Below are positions 28,049 to 37,474 of a stretch of 64,000 nucleotides of DNA, piece after piece. Source of the stretch: a virus (Duplodnaviria; Heunggongvirae; Uroviricota; Caudoviricetes); the IMG/VR virus record IMGVR_UViG_3300014043_000277, one strand, 5' to 3'. The notes under the pieces were generated by a model. It made no database searches. It had not been told where the DNA came from and was given only the letters and a program-made list of their open reading frames with translations. Within the stretch, counting starts at the first letter, position 1. Every line of letters starts with the position of its first letter. Position numbers and translations under genes: made by a program.

Positions 28049-29686
28049 TCATTCTGACGAATCAGATGATTCATTGATTTCTTCACCATCCTGTGGAACA
28101 TAATAATATGGATTTATGTCCTGAATTGAATATTTTCCATTTGCCTCCTTTTTCAATTTGATAATATATCGGCTTGTATATGTAACTGCCCCGGATACAG
28201 GCGCATTAGATTGATCTCCGCTGGAATCAGCCATTTGAGATGATCCATTGATTGCGTCAACCCATTTAACGGTAACAAGTCCCCTGTAATATCCGTCTCC
28301 CGGATCTCCATATGCTTCAAATTGTATACTTGACGAATCATCACTTAAAGTGTAATTACCATCAAGTCCGTTGGTTGCATTTGCAGTATGATCCTTGCTG
28401 ACAAGTGTTGACAATGATGATGAATCACCTGCTCCCCATGCTTTCATGAATTGTATAACAGCATCCTTAGCATTGGTTGTCACTGTTTCATCGGTTTCTC
28501 CGTTGCCCGGTTCTTTAGCGCTGGGCAAATCAGTGCTGGCTCCCATTACAGGTTCTGAAACTATTGTGGGGCTTGTCTTATCAATATAGAATTTTGACGT
28601 TTTCGAATCATAATATACGCCAATATTCAAATACAACCATTTATAAATTACATTTTTTGACTTATCATCTGTGACAGGTTGTCCATTACTTGTTTTATAA
28701 ACCAGCATTCCTACAACATAATTTGCGGTTTTAGCATCCAATGCCTGTTGCTTATAAATGAACGGACCAGATTTTATTTTCTGTTCAAGTGATTCACTTG
28801 ATGTTGGTGTAAGCCCTTGGCCTTGAATAGTATTTGAATTCGATGAATCAAATTTTTGTCCTGCGTAGAAATTCGCAAGCATGGATTGCGCCGCGCTGTC
28901 GCCGCTAATTGGAATATACGCTTCCGCGAACGCCTGTGCTATTGTCGCTCCCTGTTCCAATGGGAAACCGGTTTCACCGGTTGTCTGCATGACTACATTC
29001 TGAACATCCGCTTCACTTAATGTTTTCGGTGGTATAATGGCGTTTTTCAAACCTACAAGAAGAATGAGAATCATGATGGCAAGGAATCCATAACGCCACA
29101 TTTTTGCGCTGCTTTCACTTAACGTGCCATCAGATTTCAGTACTGATTTGTTATTGCGATTATATTTCTGGCGTTTCTTAGGTTTCTTATCCTGCTTATC
29201 ATTATGTTCCGGTAATGTGTCAGTGCCAGCCGCAGCCACGAACGCTTGGGCCGCTGATACATTATCGAATGCTGATGCCATGTTAGCACTGGCTACATTT
29301 GCCGCGAATGACGACTGTTGAGGCTGCTGTATCGGTTGAGCATACTGTTGAACCGTCTGCTGCTGATATGCCTGTTGCACCTGCTCATTCTGGTATTGTT
29401 GCGGAGCTGCTTGCATGTAAGCATTGGACGCAGGCTGTTGAACTGACTGTACCGGTTCATCATCGTAAGCACCGGGTTCCATACCATCGTCAAAATCCAA
29501 TTCAGGTTCTGGTTCAGGCTGCTGGACTGATTGTTGCGTCCGCTGAGGACGGAGAGGCACTGGTTTTGATGCCGCCGCCCTGTTTAATCCGCCTGCATGC
29601 TGTGGTTGTTCAGCCCTGCGTTGACGTAAACCACCTGACGCAGGACGTGACTGTTGTTGCGATGAATTTCTATTCGGTAATGCCAT
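28049..29686 (-). CDS. TcpC/VirB8-like conjugal transfer protein
   Basis: Gln-rich cytoplasmic N-terminus, single TM, two NTF2-like lobes opened by AQAFAEAYI and VIQFMKAWGAGD. Confidence 0.7.
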   Translation of the reverse strand: MALPNRNSSQQQSRPASGGLRQRRAEQPQHAGGLNRAAASKPVPLRPQRTQQSVQQPEPEPELDFDDGMEPGAYDDEPVQSVQQPASNAYMQAAPQQYQNEQVQQAYQQQTVQQYAQPIQQPQQSSFAANVASANMASAFDNVSAAQAFVAAAGTDTLPEHNDKQDKKPKKRQKYNRNNKSVLKSDGTLSESSAKMWRYGFLAIMILILLVGLKNAIIPPKTLSEADVQNVVMQTTGETGFPLEQGATIAQAFAEAYIPISGDSAAQSMLANFYAGQKFDSSNSNTIQGQGLTPTSSESLEQKIKSGPFIYKQQALDAKTANYVVGMLVYKTSNGQPVTDDKSKNVIYKWLYLNIGVYYDSKTSKFYIDKTSPTIVSEPVMGASTDLPSAKEPGNGETDETVTTNAKDAVIQFMKAWGAGDSSSLSTLVSKDHTANATNGLDGNYTLSDDSSSIQFEAYGDPGDGYYRGLVTVKWVDAINGSSQMADSSGDQSNAPVSGAVTYTSRYIIKLKKEANGKYSIQDINPYYYVPQDGEEINESSDSSE

Positions 29687-29736
29687 GAGATTGTAATATC
29701 ATGTGTTGAAAACGATTGCAATCATGATGACAATCA

Positions 29737-30612
29737 TCATCCTTTTAAGCGTTTATCCAATGATTCGCGGAATTTATTCAACCAATCCAATGCCTTGTTG
29801 ACGTTTTTCATACTCTGCTCAGGGTTATCAACCGCTTCCGCTGTTTCATGAGGATCACCGAGTCCATCAACATAAGCGAAAATATAACCAATTGCAAGTG
29901 TACTTGAACCAATGTCGCCAAAATCGTCAAAATCATCAACGCTTCCATCATCCAGACTATCATCATCGCCGGTTGATTGCAGTATCTTATCATCTTGAAT
30001 CGGCGCTACACCAGGCGTTTTCCGTTCCTGCTTTTTCGTTTCCTTGTCCAATTCATCGCCGTCCAGAAGTGAAACACCATCATTTTCAGTGCGTTTCTTA
30101 GATTCTTTTTCCTCCTTGATTGCATTGCGTTCATCCTCCACAATGTCCTTAACTGTTTTCGCAGCTTCCGATGGTGTTTGATCCTTAGTCTGGTTTTTGA
30201 TTTTATCAGTGATTTTCGGCAGCGCTTTTTCAACATCACGCGCCTGCGCTTCCGTAAGCATTATGTTAGTGCCATCAGGAACGACATCCTGAATCGCCTG
30301 AACTACTTTCGCCTGATTAATTAATTGGTATGAACGGCTTTTACTCATGTCGAATTCGGTTACGACATAATCCTCCCATGTGTTGTATCCAAGTGAAACC
30401 CAGCATTTGAATTCATGGGCACGATGAACAAGTACATAAGTCGCCGTTGCCGTCGCTTTAATTTGATCTGTGAGTTCACGGGCTGCGTCTTTTGTCATTA
30501 TTCCCTGTTCGACAAGTGCTTTATCCTCATCGCTTAAATGTGATCTGTTATCAAGCATTTGTTTTTCCAGTATTGTTTCCTGATCAACGAGCCTGTCAAT
30601 TTCATCCGGCAT
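29737..30612 (-). CDS. DUF3102-like helix-turn-helix protein
   Basis: AHEFKCWVSLGYNTWEDYVVTEFDMSKSRSYQLINQAKV followed by EAQARDV, a pattern typical of this phage/plasmid family. Confidence 0.55.
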   Translation of the reverse strand: MPDEIDRLVDQETILEKQMLDNRSHLSDEDKALVEQGIMTKDAARELTDQIKATATATYVLVHRAHEFKCWVSLGYNTWEDYVVTEFDMSKSRSYQLINQAKVVQAIQDVVPDGTNIMLTEAQARDVEKALPKITDKIKNQTKDQTPSEAAKTVKDIVEDERNAIKEEKESKKRTENDGVSLLDGDELDKETKKQERKTPGVAPIQDDKILQSTGDDDSLDDGSVDDFDDFGDIGSSTLAIGYIFAYVDGLGDPHETAEAVDNPEQSMKNVNKALDWLNKFRESLDKRLKG

Positions 30613-31783
30613 TGGTATGTTTCCTTTCTACATTCAACCCGCGTAAACGATTGACTGTTCGCTTTTTCGCAGCGGGATACACGAACCTATTAACCATTCC
30701 GATAATATCATTACGGACATTCTTACGGCTTCTGGACATGTTAATCAAACCAATATTATACCTGTTATTTGAATCCGACATTTCAATTCCGATGATGTCA
30801 TATGTTTTCAATTGTCCACTCCAATCACAAATGAGAACAATTGCATTCTCGTCAATGCGGCTCCGCGCGTATGATGCGACACGATACAAATATTCTCCGA
30901 TTCTGCGATTATGATAAATCAAACCACGTCTGGCTGATTCCACAATGCGAGTGGTGAAATCCAATGGTTGCAATATTACGATTTTACCGGTGTCGGAATC
31001 TTTCGGTAACAATACATAGAATGGATACTTGCATTTATCATAATCAATAACATCAAAATCATCCGATAATGCCTCATGTATTTTCATTGAATGCGTTGAA
31101 TCCAATGATGTCGGACGTGCAGGCATTTTTGATGAACGGCGCTGAAATGCATTCCTTCCGAACATCCATAACAATCCGAAAAGAAGCATTGACGCCGCTG
31201 ATGCTATGGATGATGGAATCAAACCGAAAAACAGGAATCCATATGATGTCATGAACGCAGCCACGGTTCCCATCATCGCGGCTGTCCAACGGGACACGTT
31301 CGTGTCAATCATGTATGATATGCAAATAAAAATGAAAAACGCGCATAATGTGATTGACGGCAGTAATAATCCTGTTATCGCGGAATTTGAGAATGATGAC
31401 GCGAACATCATTTGGAATGCGAGGCATAAACCGAGAACGATTACGGAAATAGTGCTTTTAATGACTGATTTCGTGCTCTTCCATGCTATCATGAGCGCCA
31501 TGATTCCAAGGAATGCAATAAGAGGCACCCACCAGAATGATGTGAATTTGAATAATGCGACGCCTTCCGTGAAAATGAACAATGCAAGAACGATATACAG
31601 CATTTCGCTGTTCCGTTTCATGAAAATACGCCATCCATAGCGTAAACCATGATGTTTCCATGTTTTCATCATGTCAACATCCGCATCAGGCGCATCAGAA
31701 TCATCAATGGAATCATCATTATCATCCACTACGCCTGATGCGTCAACTATCGCCTGTATTTCATCATCTGTCAATTTCGCCAT
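30602..31783 (-). CDS. Polytopic membrane protein with soluble C-terminal domain
   Basis: About six TM helices followed by an alpha/beta domain. Confidence 0.7.
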   Translation of the reverse strand: MAKLTDDEIQAIVDASGVVDDNDDSIDDSDAPDADVDMMKTWKHHGLRYGWRIFMKRNSEMLYIVLALFIFTEGVALFKFTSFWWVPLIAFLGIMALMIAWKSTKSVIKSTISVIVLGLCLAFQMMFASSFSNSAITGLLLPSITLCAFFIFICISYMIDTNVSRWTAAMMGTVAAFMTSYGFLFFGLIPSSIASAASMLLFGLLWMFGRNAFQRRSSKMPARPTSLDSTHSMKIHEALSDDFDVIDYDKCKYPFYVLLPKDSDTGKIVILQPLDFTTRIVESARRGLIYHNRRIGEYLYRVASYARSRIDENAIVLICDWSGQLKTYDIIGIEMSDSNNRYNIGLINMSRSRKNVRNDIIGMVNRFVYPAAKKRTVNRLRGLNVERKHTNAG

Positions 31784-31810
31784 GTGCCAATCGCCTTTCT
31801 CCGGATGATG

Positions 31811-32524
31811 TCACTCGGAATCACTGTTGCTGTTCTGTGCGGCTGATGCCTGATTCTGCAGCATGGTGTATGTCTGCCATCCGAGAACATCGCCTTGCAA
31901 CTTCCAATCGGAGCCATTCCATTTCAGAATGAAAACAATGTTCTGATCTGATGAAACCATTGCTTGAATCGGGATGTAAACAGTGTTTTCGTCCGCGCTA
32001 TATGAAATCAATCGTTCTCCTGATAATTCAACACCGCGTTCCTTAGTTTTCTCATAGGCATTGGCAAACATCATGAGGCCGGTATATGATGCCGAATCAA
32101 GGATTTCACGGCCAATCGCCATTCCCGTCGTGTTAGTTCCCATGCTCACACGGTTCTTGATTTCATCTGGAACAACGGACGTGTCGCCATTCATGATTTT
32201 CTGCAATGTCTCATTGCCTTCTGAGAATGTTTCAGCCGGGAATTTTTTGGAAGTGTCATCAAACAATGTACCGAGCCATGTCATCGCAGCCTTACTGGGA
32301 TTATCCGGCATGTTCCCTGCTTTTGTCTTACTATCATTCGTTTCCTTTGACTGTGATTGTTCAACTGGTTTGTTAGCACTGGATACAACATAGAAAATGG
32401 AACCACCGATAGTAGCGGTTATCAGAATGACACTGACTACAATGACGGCAATTATAGCTTTCATGCTTCCCGTCATTGTTTTCTTTTTCGGCTCATTCTT
32501 CTTTTTCGCCATATCATTCATCAT
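31811..32524 (-). CDS. Single-pass membrane protein, possible NTF2/VirB8-like extracellular domain
   Basis: Basic N-terminus, TM, KAAMTWLGTLF helix, WNGSDWKL terminal strand; ORF track start is 32575. Confidence 0.55.
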   Translation of the reverse strand: MMNDMAKKKNEPKKKTMTGSMKAIIAVIVVSVILITATIGGSIFYVVSSANKPVEQSQSKETNDSKTKAGNMPDNPSKAAMTWLGTLFDDTSKKFPAETFSEGNETLQKIMNGDTSVVPDEIKNRVSMGTNTTGMAIGREILDSASYTGLMMFANAYEKTKERGVELSGERLISYSADENTVYIPIQAMVSSDQNIVFILKWNGSDWKLQGDVLGWQTYTMLQNQASAAQNSNSDSE

Positions 32525-32969
32525 TGTTTCCTTCCGTGTCATCATAATCCATGACTTGCTGCTCCCAGCTGTCATGTCGTATTTTCCATATTGCTATTAT
32601 CATGCCGATTATTATCAATGCGATTATTACAGGCACTGCATATACCGCTGCACGAACCTCATAAATGTTATAAGCGAATTGCATTGATTCCAATCCGGAA
32701 TCCTCATCGCCAGCGACTTTCATCATTGCCCGCATTGTCTCATTATCAAATAATGTCTTATATTGCGATAATGAATTCATTATGCTGGCAATGAGAACAA
32801 GCAATGCGACGGAGATAGCGCTGATGATGCTTATGGTAATTTTAGGAAACTGTGGTTCTTTCACATATAAATCATTTGCTGAATCATCAGTTTCATCAGC
32901 ATCGCCCGTAGCCTGACGAATGAAATCCAATTCATCATCCGTCAGAATATCCTCATTTTTAACGTCCAT
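32514..32969 (-). CDS. Two-TM membrane protein
   Basis: 151 aa, two hydrophobic segments, overlaps both neighbours. Confidence 0.65.
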   Translation of the reverse strand: MDVKNEDILTDDELDFIRQATGDADETDDSANDLYVKEPQFPKITISIISAISVALLVLIASIMNSLSQYKTLFDNETMRAMMKVAGDEDSGLESMQFAYNIYEVRAAVYAVPVIIALIIIGMIIAIWKIRHDSWEQQVMDYDDTEGNNDE

Positions 32970-34377
32970 TCATGATTTCCTTCGATGCGTTATACACATT
33001 AAGAACAGCTGATAGCAGATTCACGCTGGAATCAGGCATGCTGCTCACTGCTTTATCCGCAAGTTCAGTTATAGCATAATGTTCCTTTTTTGTTTTATCC
33101 GCGATGACATCGGAACCGAATTTGGCTCCGATGTCCGCAATGATTCCCAGATCGGAATCATCCAATCTGATAAGATAGAACACTCTTGTCGCAGCTTCCA
33201 TTCCACGCGCCTGCAATAATTCCTGCAATGCCGTCATGACTGATTTCCTTGCATTCAGCACGGCGTAAACCATTTCTGACAGTTCATCATATTTAATGGC
33301 TCCCATGTTCAGGACAAGTTTCACTGCTTCCTTCTCATCACCTGACAGATTATCACGAATCATATCGGTTACCGAGATTATGCGATAAATCATTTCAGGT
33401 TTCGGAACACTGCCAGGTGCCATTGGCGTGGATGACTGCCATGTTGACGCGGATGATTGCATGCCTGCATTGGAATCAGTGTTTGCGGATGGCTGACTTA
33501 CCGGCGCTGGCGTGGTTTGTTGAACCGGTGCTGCCGGTTGTTCAAGTTGAGCGGGCTGCTGATACGCGGAATAATCCGGTTGAGCGGGCTGATTGGACGC
33601 ATCCGCGAATGGATTGGATGCATCCGGTTGAGCGGGCTGCTGATACGCGGCGTAAGCCTGCGCGTAATCCTGAACGGATGATGCTGGCTGAGCATACTGC
33701 TGATTGTAATCCTGTTGTTGCGGATAATCCGATTGCGGCTGCTGATACGCGGAATAATCCGGTTGAGCGGGCTGCTGATAATACTGGTTCGGATCATACT
33801 GCTGCATGCCATTGTCAGCATATGAATTCATGCCATCGTCCAGTTGAGCGGGCTGCTGATACGCGGCGTAAGCCTGCGCATAATCCTGGGATGATGCTGG
33901 CTGAGCATACTGCTGATTGTAATCCTGTTGTTGCGGATAATCCGATTGCAGCTGCTGATACGCGGAATAATCCGGTTGAGCGGGCTGTGGCTCTGGATCC
34001 GCTTGTTTTTGCGGTGCAACAGGTTCCTGTTTCTTACGTGGACGCCCCGGACGGCGTTTCGGTGCCGGTTCAGGTTCCGGCGCGGATTCAGATTCTTCTT
34101 CCTCGTCCGCCGCCGCATTGAAAAAATCATTCGGATCGGCATACGGATCAGCATCCTCTGAATCCGATGGCAAATCATCATCAAACAAATCATTATCACC
34201 ATTATCAGCCTGCGCCGGATTGGATGATGTTGACGCGGATGATGTTTTCATGGATTCATCGTCATCATCAGCTCCGAATCCGGAACCATCAAGGTTGAAA
34301 CCGAGTTCATCATCGTCATCATCGGCCATGTTACCGAAAACATCATTATCATGTAAACTGTTGAAAGTGCTTGCCAT
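32959..34377 (-). CDS. Low-complexity acidic/Gln-Pro-Tyr repeat protein with AT-hook-like motif and helical C-domain
   Basis: KRRPGRPRKK; repeated QPAQPDYSAYQQ; folded-looking last ~140 aa. Confidence 0.7.
   Translation of the reverse strand: MASTFNSLHDNDVFGNMADDDDDELGFNLDGSGFGADDDDESMKTSSASTSSNPAQADNGDNDLFDDDLPSDSEDADPYADPNDFFNAAADEEEESESAPEPEPAPKRRPGRPRKKQEPVAPQKQADPEPQPAQPDYSAYQQLQSDYPQQQDYNQQYAQPASSQDYAQAYAAYQQPAQLDDGMNSYADNGMQQYDPNQYYQQPAQPDYSAYQQPQSDYPQQQDYNQQYAQPASSVQDYAQAYAAYQQPAQPDASNPFADASNQPAQPDYSAYQQPAQLEQPAAPVQQTTPAPVSQPSANTDSNAGMQSSASTWQSSTPMAPGSVPKPEMIYRIISVTDMIRDNLSGDEKEAVKLVLNMGAIKYDELSEMVYAVLNARKSVMTALQELLQARGMEAATRVFYLIRLDDSDLGIIADIGAKFGSDVIADKTKKEHYAITELADKAVSSMPDSSVNLLSAVLNVYNASKEIMNGR
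33546..33987. repeat. Intragenic direct repeats (two ~140-bp near-identical copies offset by 213 bp plus partial copies)
   Basis: tccggttgagcgggctg ends at 33987, 33774 and 33591; encodes QPAQPDYSAYQQ...QDYAQAYAAYQQ. Confidence 0.85.
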
Positions 34378-34389
34378 CCAAAAAATCCT

Positions 34390-36246
34390 TTACTGTGCTA
34401 TTTCCAGCATTAAATCTCCATCACTGTCATCAATGCGGACATGTTTATCATTCTCCAATACAATATCCCCTGATAATATGTTTTCCGCCATTGGAAGAAC
34501 AACATTGCTTTTCAGAACATGGTCTATTTCCCTTGCTCCGAGATTCATGCTTCTCGCCTTGATGAGAATTCCATCCATTGCGGCATCACTCACATTGAAA
34601 TCAACTTTCTTACCATAATTATCCTTTATGATTCCACTGATTTCATGAAGTTTGATTCTGACGATGCGAGCATAATCCTCCCTGCGCAGTTTATTAAACA
34701 CACAGATTCCATCCAAACGGTTGATGAATTCCGGACGGAAGAAATCGCGCATCGCTTTCATGTACACTGTTTCCTCATCATTCACTGTGGATTCACCGAA
34801 ACCGGCTGTTTTCATGTTTTCGGCTTCTTTCGTTCCGAGATTACCAGTCAGTATGAAAATGCAATGTGAAAAATCAGTTGTTTCACCCTGCCCATCAGTC
34901 AAGCGAGCGTCATCAAACACTTGCAGGAACGTATTCCATATGTCAGGATGAGCTTTTTCAACCTCATCAAGCAGCACCACTGATTGCGGATGTTCACGGA
35001 CAGCATTCGTGAGTTCGCCGCCATTATCATAACCGACATAGCCTGGCGGCGCACCGAACAAACGCGCTGCCGTATGCTTATCATTGAATTCACTGCAATC
35101 AATGCGAACAAGATTCACTGGTTTTTCAAACAATGTGTCAGCGAGTGATTTCGCCAGTTGCGTCTTACCGACACCGGACGGTCCCAGGAAAAGGAACGAT
35201 GCGACAGGTTTGTCTTTTGGTTTCATTCCGGCAGCGTCAATGAGAATCGCTTTTGAAACCATGTCAATTGCCTTATCCTGATTGACGACGGTTGTTTTCA
35301 ATCTGTCCGCAAGATGCAACGGATCATTATATTTCAATGTTTTCACAGGTTTCTGCTTCTTATCCTTCTTATTATGAAGTTCATCATTCAGCATGCTCAT
35401 TATCATATCGTCATCATCGAAATCATCCTCATCGACAATCGGTGAATCATTGAAAGCCTCCCTTGCAATGGTACGAGCGGTTTTCGCATTGATTTGTTTC
35501 ACATCGGATTCCATAAGCCATGCATACATGTATTCAATGCGTTCAAGGACATAACCTATTGGTATTTCAATTTCCTCAATGGAACGGAATGATTCAGGAT
35601 GAGTCGGATACACTTGCCTGATTAATTCCTCGATGAATGTTTTCACGGCGACATTTGAAACCGGTTTCACATCATACTGCCCCGCCAATGTGATGTTTGC
35701 GCGATGAGCCTCATTAAGGAATTCCTTCCATTTCATTTTATTATTGACTTGAACCGCCTCAATTTTATCCACTTGCGAGGAATGGTCAGTCATGGCATGT
35801 GAAAGCATGTCATCATCCGCTTCCAATATGAATGATGTGTTCCTGCATTTTGAAATCAACAACAGGAAAAGGTGCAAATCAGGAACGACAATGATGAGAT
35901 GCCTGTCAGTGTTAGTTTCATTAATCGCGGCAGCTGCCTGTAATCCAAATGCAGTCAATGAATTATCCCCTGTCATGAGGCGATTCACATAATCCACTCC
36001 GATGAATTTAACCGTCCTGTGAACATTGCTGCCATTGAATTCATTGATATGATAAGCAAGTTGGTTCAGCATGAATGTTTTCCCGGAACCGCTTTCGCCA
36101 TAGACTATGATGGAACGCGGACGGACCTTATAATTCAGGTTCCTGTTCACTTTTCTCATTGCATCCATTATCGGCTCCGGGATTTCATCAAACGGACGTT
36201 CCGGCATGGACGCATCTGAAAACGGCACGAAAACATTATTATTCAT
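34390..36246 (-). CDS. Clp/Hsp100-family ATPase with intact D2 and degenerate D1, no N-domain
   Basis: D2: GPSGVGKT, RIDCSEF, GAPPGYVGY, LLDEVEKAH, RPEFINRLD. D1: GESGSGKT but Walker B reads VPDLH. Confidence 0.8.
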   Translation of the reverse strand: MNNNVFVPFSDASMPERPFDEIPEPIMDAMRKVNRNLNYKVRPRSIIVYGESGSGKTFMLNQLAYHINEFNGSNVHRTVKFIGVDYVNRLMTGDNSLTAFGLQAAAAINETNTDRHLIIVVPDLHLFLLLISKCRNTSFILEADDDMLSHAMTDHSSQVDKIEAVQVNNKMKWKEFLNEAHRANITLAGQYDVKPVSNVAVKTFIEELIRQVYPTHPESFRSIEEIEIPIGYVLERIEYMYAWLMESDVKQINAKTARTIAREAFNDSPIVDEDDFDDDDMIMSMLNDELHNKKDKKQKPVKTLKYNDPLHLADRLKTTVVNQDKAIDMVSKAILIDAAGMKPKDKPVASFLFLGPSGVGKTQLAKSLADTLFEKPVNLVRIDCSEFNDKHTAARLFGAPPGYVGYDNGGELTNAVREHPQSVVLLDEVEKAHPDIWNTFLQVFDDARLTDGQGETTDFSHCIFILTGNLGTKEAENMKTAGFGESTVNDEETVYMKAMRDFFRPEFINRLDGICVFNKLRREDYARIVRIKLHEISGIIKDNYGKKVDFNVSDAAMDGILIKARSMNLGAREIDHVLKSNVVLPMAENILSGDIVLENDKHVRIDDSDGDLMLEIAQ

Positions 36247-36302
36247 ACTAAACCAACTCCAAATGTTAACTTATTATATTATTATGATATTGTCTGATTA
36301 TG

Positions 36303-37430
36303 TCAGTCCTTGACTGTTTTTGTCAGGATGAACACATTGCCGTCAATGCTTCCATCCGGCAGTACAGATTCGAAAATCACAGGGACATCATCATCAACGT
36401 ATTTAATCATGAGTTTTTCAGTTGAAACACTCATTATTGCCTTTTTCAGTTCATCATGAGAGAACTGCATGACTGTCCGGGAATCATTATTCGCATCAAC
36501 GGAAATCTTATCACTGGGTGATGAATTGCCATTGGAACTGACTCCCAGTTCACCATTCTCCGCCGTCAATACGATTACACGACGGATTTGATCCGCGCCT
36601 GCAAGTGAAATGGCGATATCAGCGGATGTCAACAATTCATTGCGGTTGACAGTGAATGTTTTCTCATTCTCACGGGTTTCAGGACGAGTTGCGGCTGATT
36701 TGATTTTCATCCAATTCAATGCTTTCGCTGTCTGCTTGCGGACAGTTGCAACCATTCCGTTATCAAAAATGAATTTCATGGATTCATCCGATTCCTCAAT
36801 GTCAATGCGCTCCGATGCCGCTTTCAACAGGCAGTTATCAGGAAGCACAAGGAAACGTGAATCATTTGCTCCTTCGGTTTTCTCAAATGGTATGGATTCC
36901 ACGACAAGAGTGAATTTATCCGTTCCCATGACATCAATCCTATCCTTGCCGAAAGTCAAATCAAGCATGCTGACAGCACCGAGCTGAGCGCCTGTTGCGA
37001 TTTTAGCTGTTTTCACTGCGTCCATGAAATCATTGTAATCAACTGCTCCGAGCGATTTGAATTTCTCACGGTCAGATGCAAGGGTTCCGAGGCTGCTCAT
37101 GACGGCAACAGGGAATTTCAAATAACCGTAAGTGATGGATGCCTTATCATCATTCAAATCAAGTTCAACAGGACCATCCGCTTTCTTTTTTGACAATGCT
37201 CCCATCATTTTAATGAGATGAGGACTGGAAAGCGAAAAAGTATGCTTCTCAGTCACTTCCTCAGCATAAGCGGCCTGAACGCGCGAGGAACGCATGCCCT
37301 GGTCGCCTTCCGCGCGGAAAACAACATATCCATCCTCATGCACGTCAACAAGCGTATATGATTCGCGTGAAACGCGGGTTGTCCAATCCACGGCATTCAT
37401 AAGAGCCGCAGCGTCAATGGTAACTTTCAT
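36303..37430 (-). CDS. dnaN: Divergent DNA polymerase III beta sliding clamp
   Basis: 375 aa; three-domain periodicity (MKVTIDAAALMNAVDW; VDYNDFMDAVK; VNRNELLTSAD); VMGTDKFTL matches the clamp ATDxxRL motif. Confidence 0.7.
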   Translation of the reverse strand: MKVTIDAAALMNAVDWTTRVSRESYTLVDVHEDGYVVFRAEGDQGMRSSRVQAAYAEEVTEKHTFSLSSPHLIKMMGALSKKKADGPVELDLNDDKASITYGYLKFPVAVMSSLGTLASDREKFKSLGAVDYNDFMDAVKTAKIATGAQLGAVSMLDLTFGKDRIDVMGTDKFTLVVESIPFEKTEGANDSRFLVLPDNCLLKAASERIDIEESDESMKFIFDNGMVATVRKQTAKALNWMKIKSAATRPETRENEKTFTVNRNELLTSADIAISLAGADQIRRVIVLTAENGELGVSSNGNSSPSDKISVDANNDSRTVMQFSHDELKKAIMSVSTEKLMIKYVDDDVPVIFESVLPDGSIDGNVFILTKTVKD

Positions 37431-37474
37431 TATTCAATCAATCCTTCTGTTCTATCATGTCCCATCATGCGAAA

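Noticed and set aside
33546-33987. Possible CRISPR array
   Set aside because: Repeats are in-frame coding duplications with no constant repeat/unique spacer structure.
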